Below the pieces are notes generated by a model. That model was not told the origin of the DNA and ran no database searches. It saw only the letters and a program-made list of their open reading frames with translations. DNA of 31,553 nucleotides from Neophaeotheca triangularis (lineage: Eukaryota), in assembly GCA_054600435.1 (NCBI GenBank), contig BAAIJX010000068.1:62001-93553 (forward strand). Direction: 5' to 3'. The position numbers and the translations under genes were made by a program. Of this stretch, positions 31,537 through 31,553 are shown one piece after another. Every line of letters begins with the position of its first letter. Position 1 is the stretch's first letter.

Positions 31537-31553
31537 CCCCCCCCCCCCCCCCC
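31537..31553 (+). repeat. Poly-C run at the window end (possible contig break)
   Basis: 17 consecutive C residues after a C/A-rich tract. Confidence 0.8.

Noticed and set aside
1..31553. tRNA, rRNA, CRISPR arrays, transposons and RIP-degraded AT-rich blocks
   Set aside because: No cloverleaf/T-loop signatures, repeat-spacer arrays, TIR/LTR pairs, transposase/RT motifs or AT-rich tracts seen.

Overview
Eukaryotic DNA from a filamentous ascomycete (Pezizomycotina; Dothideomycetes is my best guess, inferred from gene style only). It is gene-dense, with short GT-AG introns carrying CTRAC/CTAAY branch points. I can support ten protein genes. In order: a PNP_UDP-NB-ARC fungal NLR truncated by the left edge; a Thp1/PCID2-type PCI protein with a ~500-aa repeat-containing open N-terminal extension; a carotenoid cleavage oxygenase (CAO-2/CarT-like); RAD3/XPD; an IroE/EstB-like siderophore esterase divergent from a MirB-like siderophore MFS transporter, with three SreA-type ATCTGATWAGATT sites between them; listerin/LTN1; the SR protein Srp1; a YMD8/SLC35C2-like nucleotide-sugar transporter; and a Fus1-like TM-SH3 protein. 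A probable degraded gene lies at ~12.7-13.6 kb. I saw no rRNA, tRNA, CRISPR array or recognisable transposon. The most interesting signals are: an array of splice signals downstream of srp1 (alternative last exon, 3'-UTR intron, two TACTAAC boxes); the NLR intron sitting exactly at the effector/NB-ARC boundary; the Thp1 N-terminal extension; the extended iron-regulatory motif; and recurrent strand-independent C/A-to-G/T skew flips. All gene models were read by eye, and no database searches were run.
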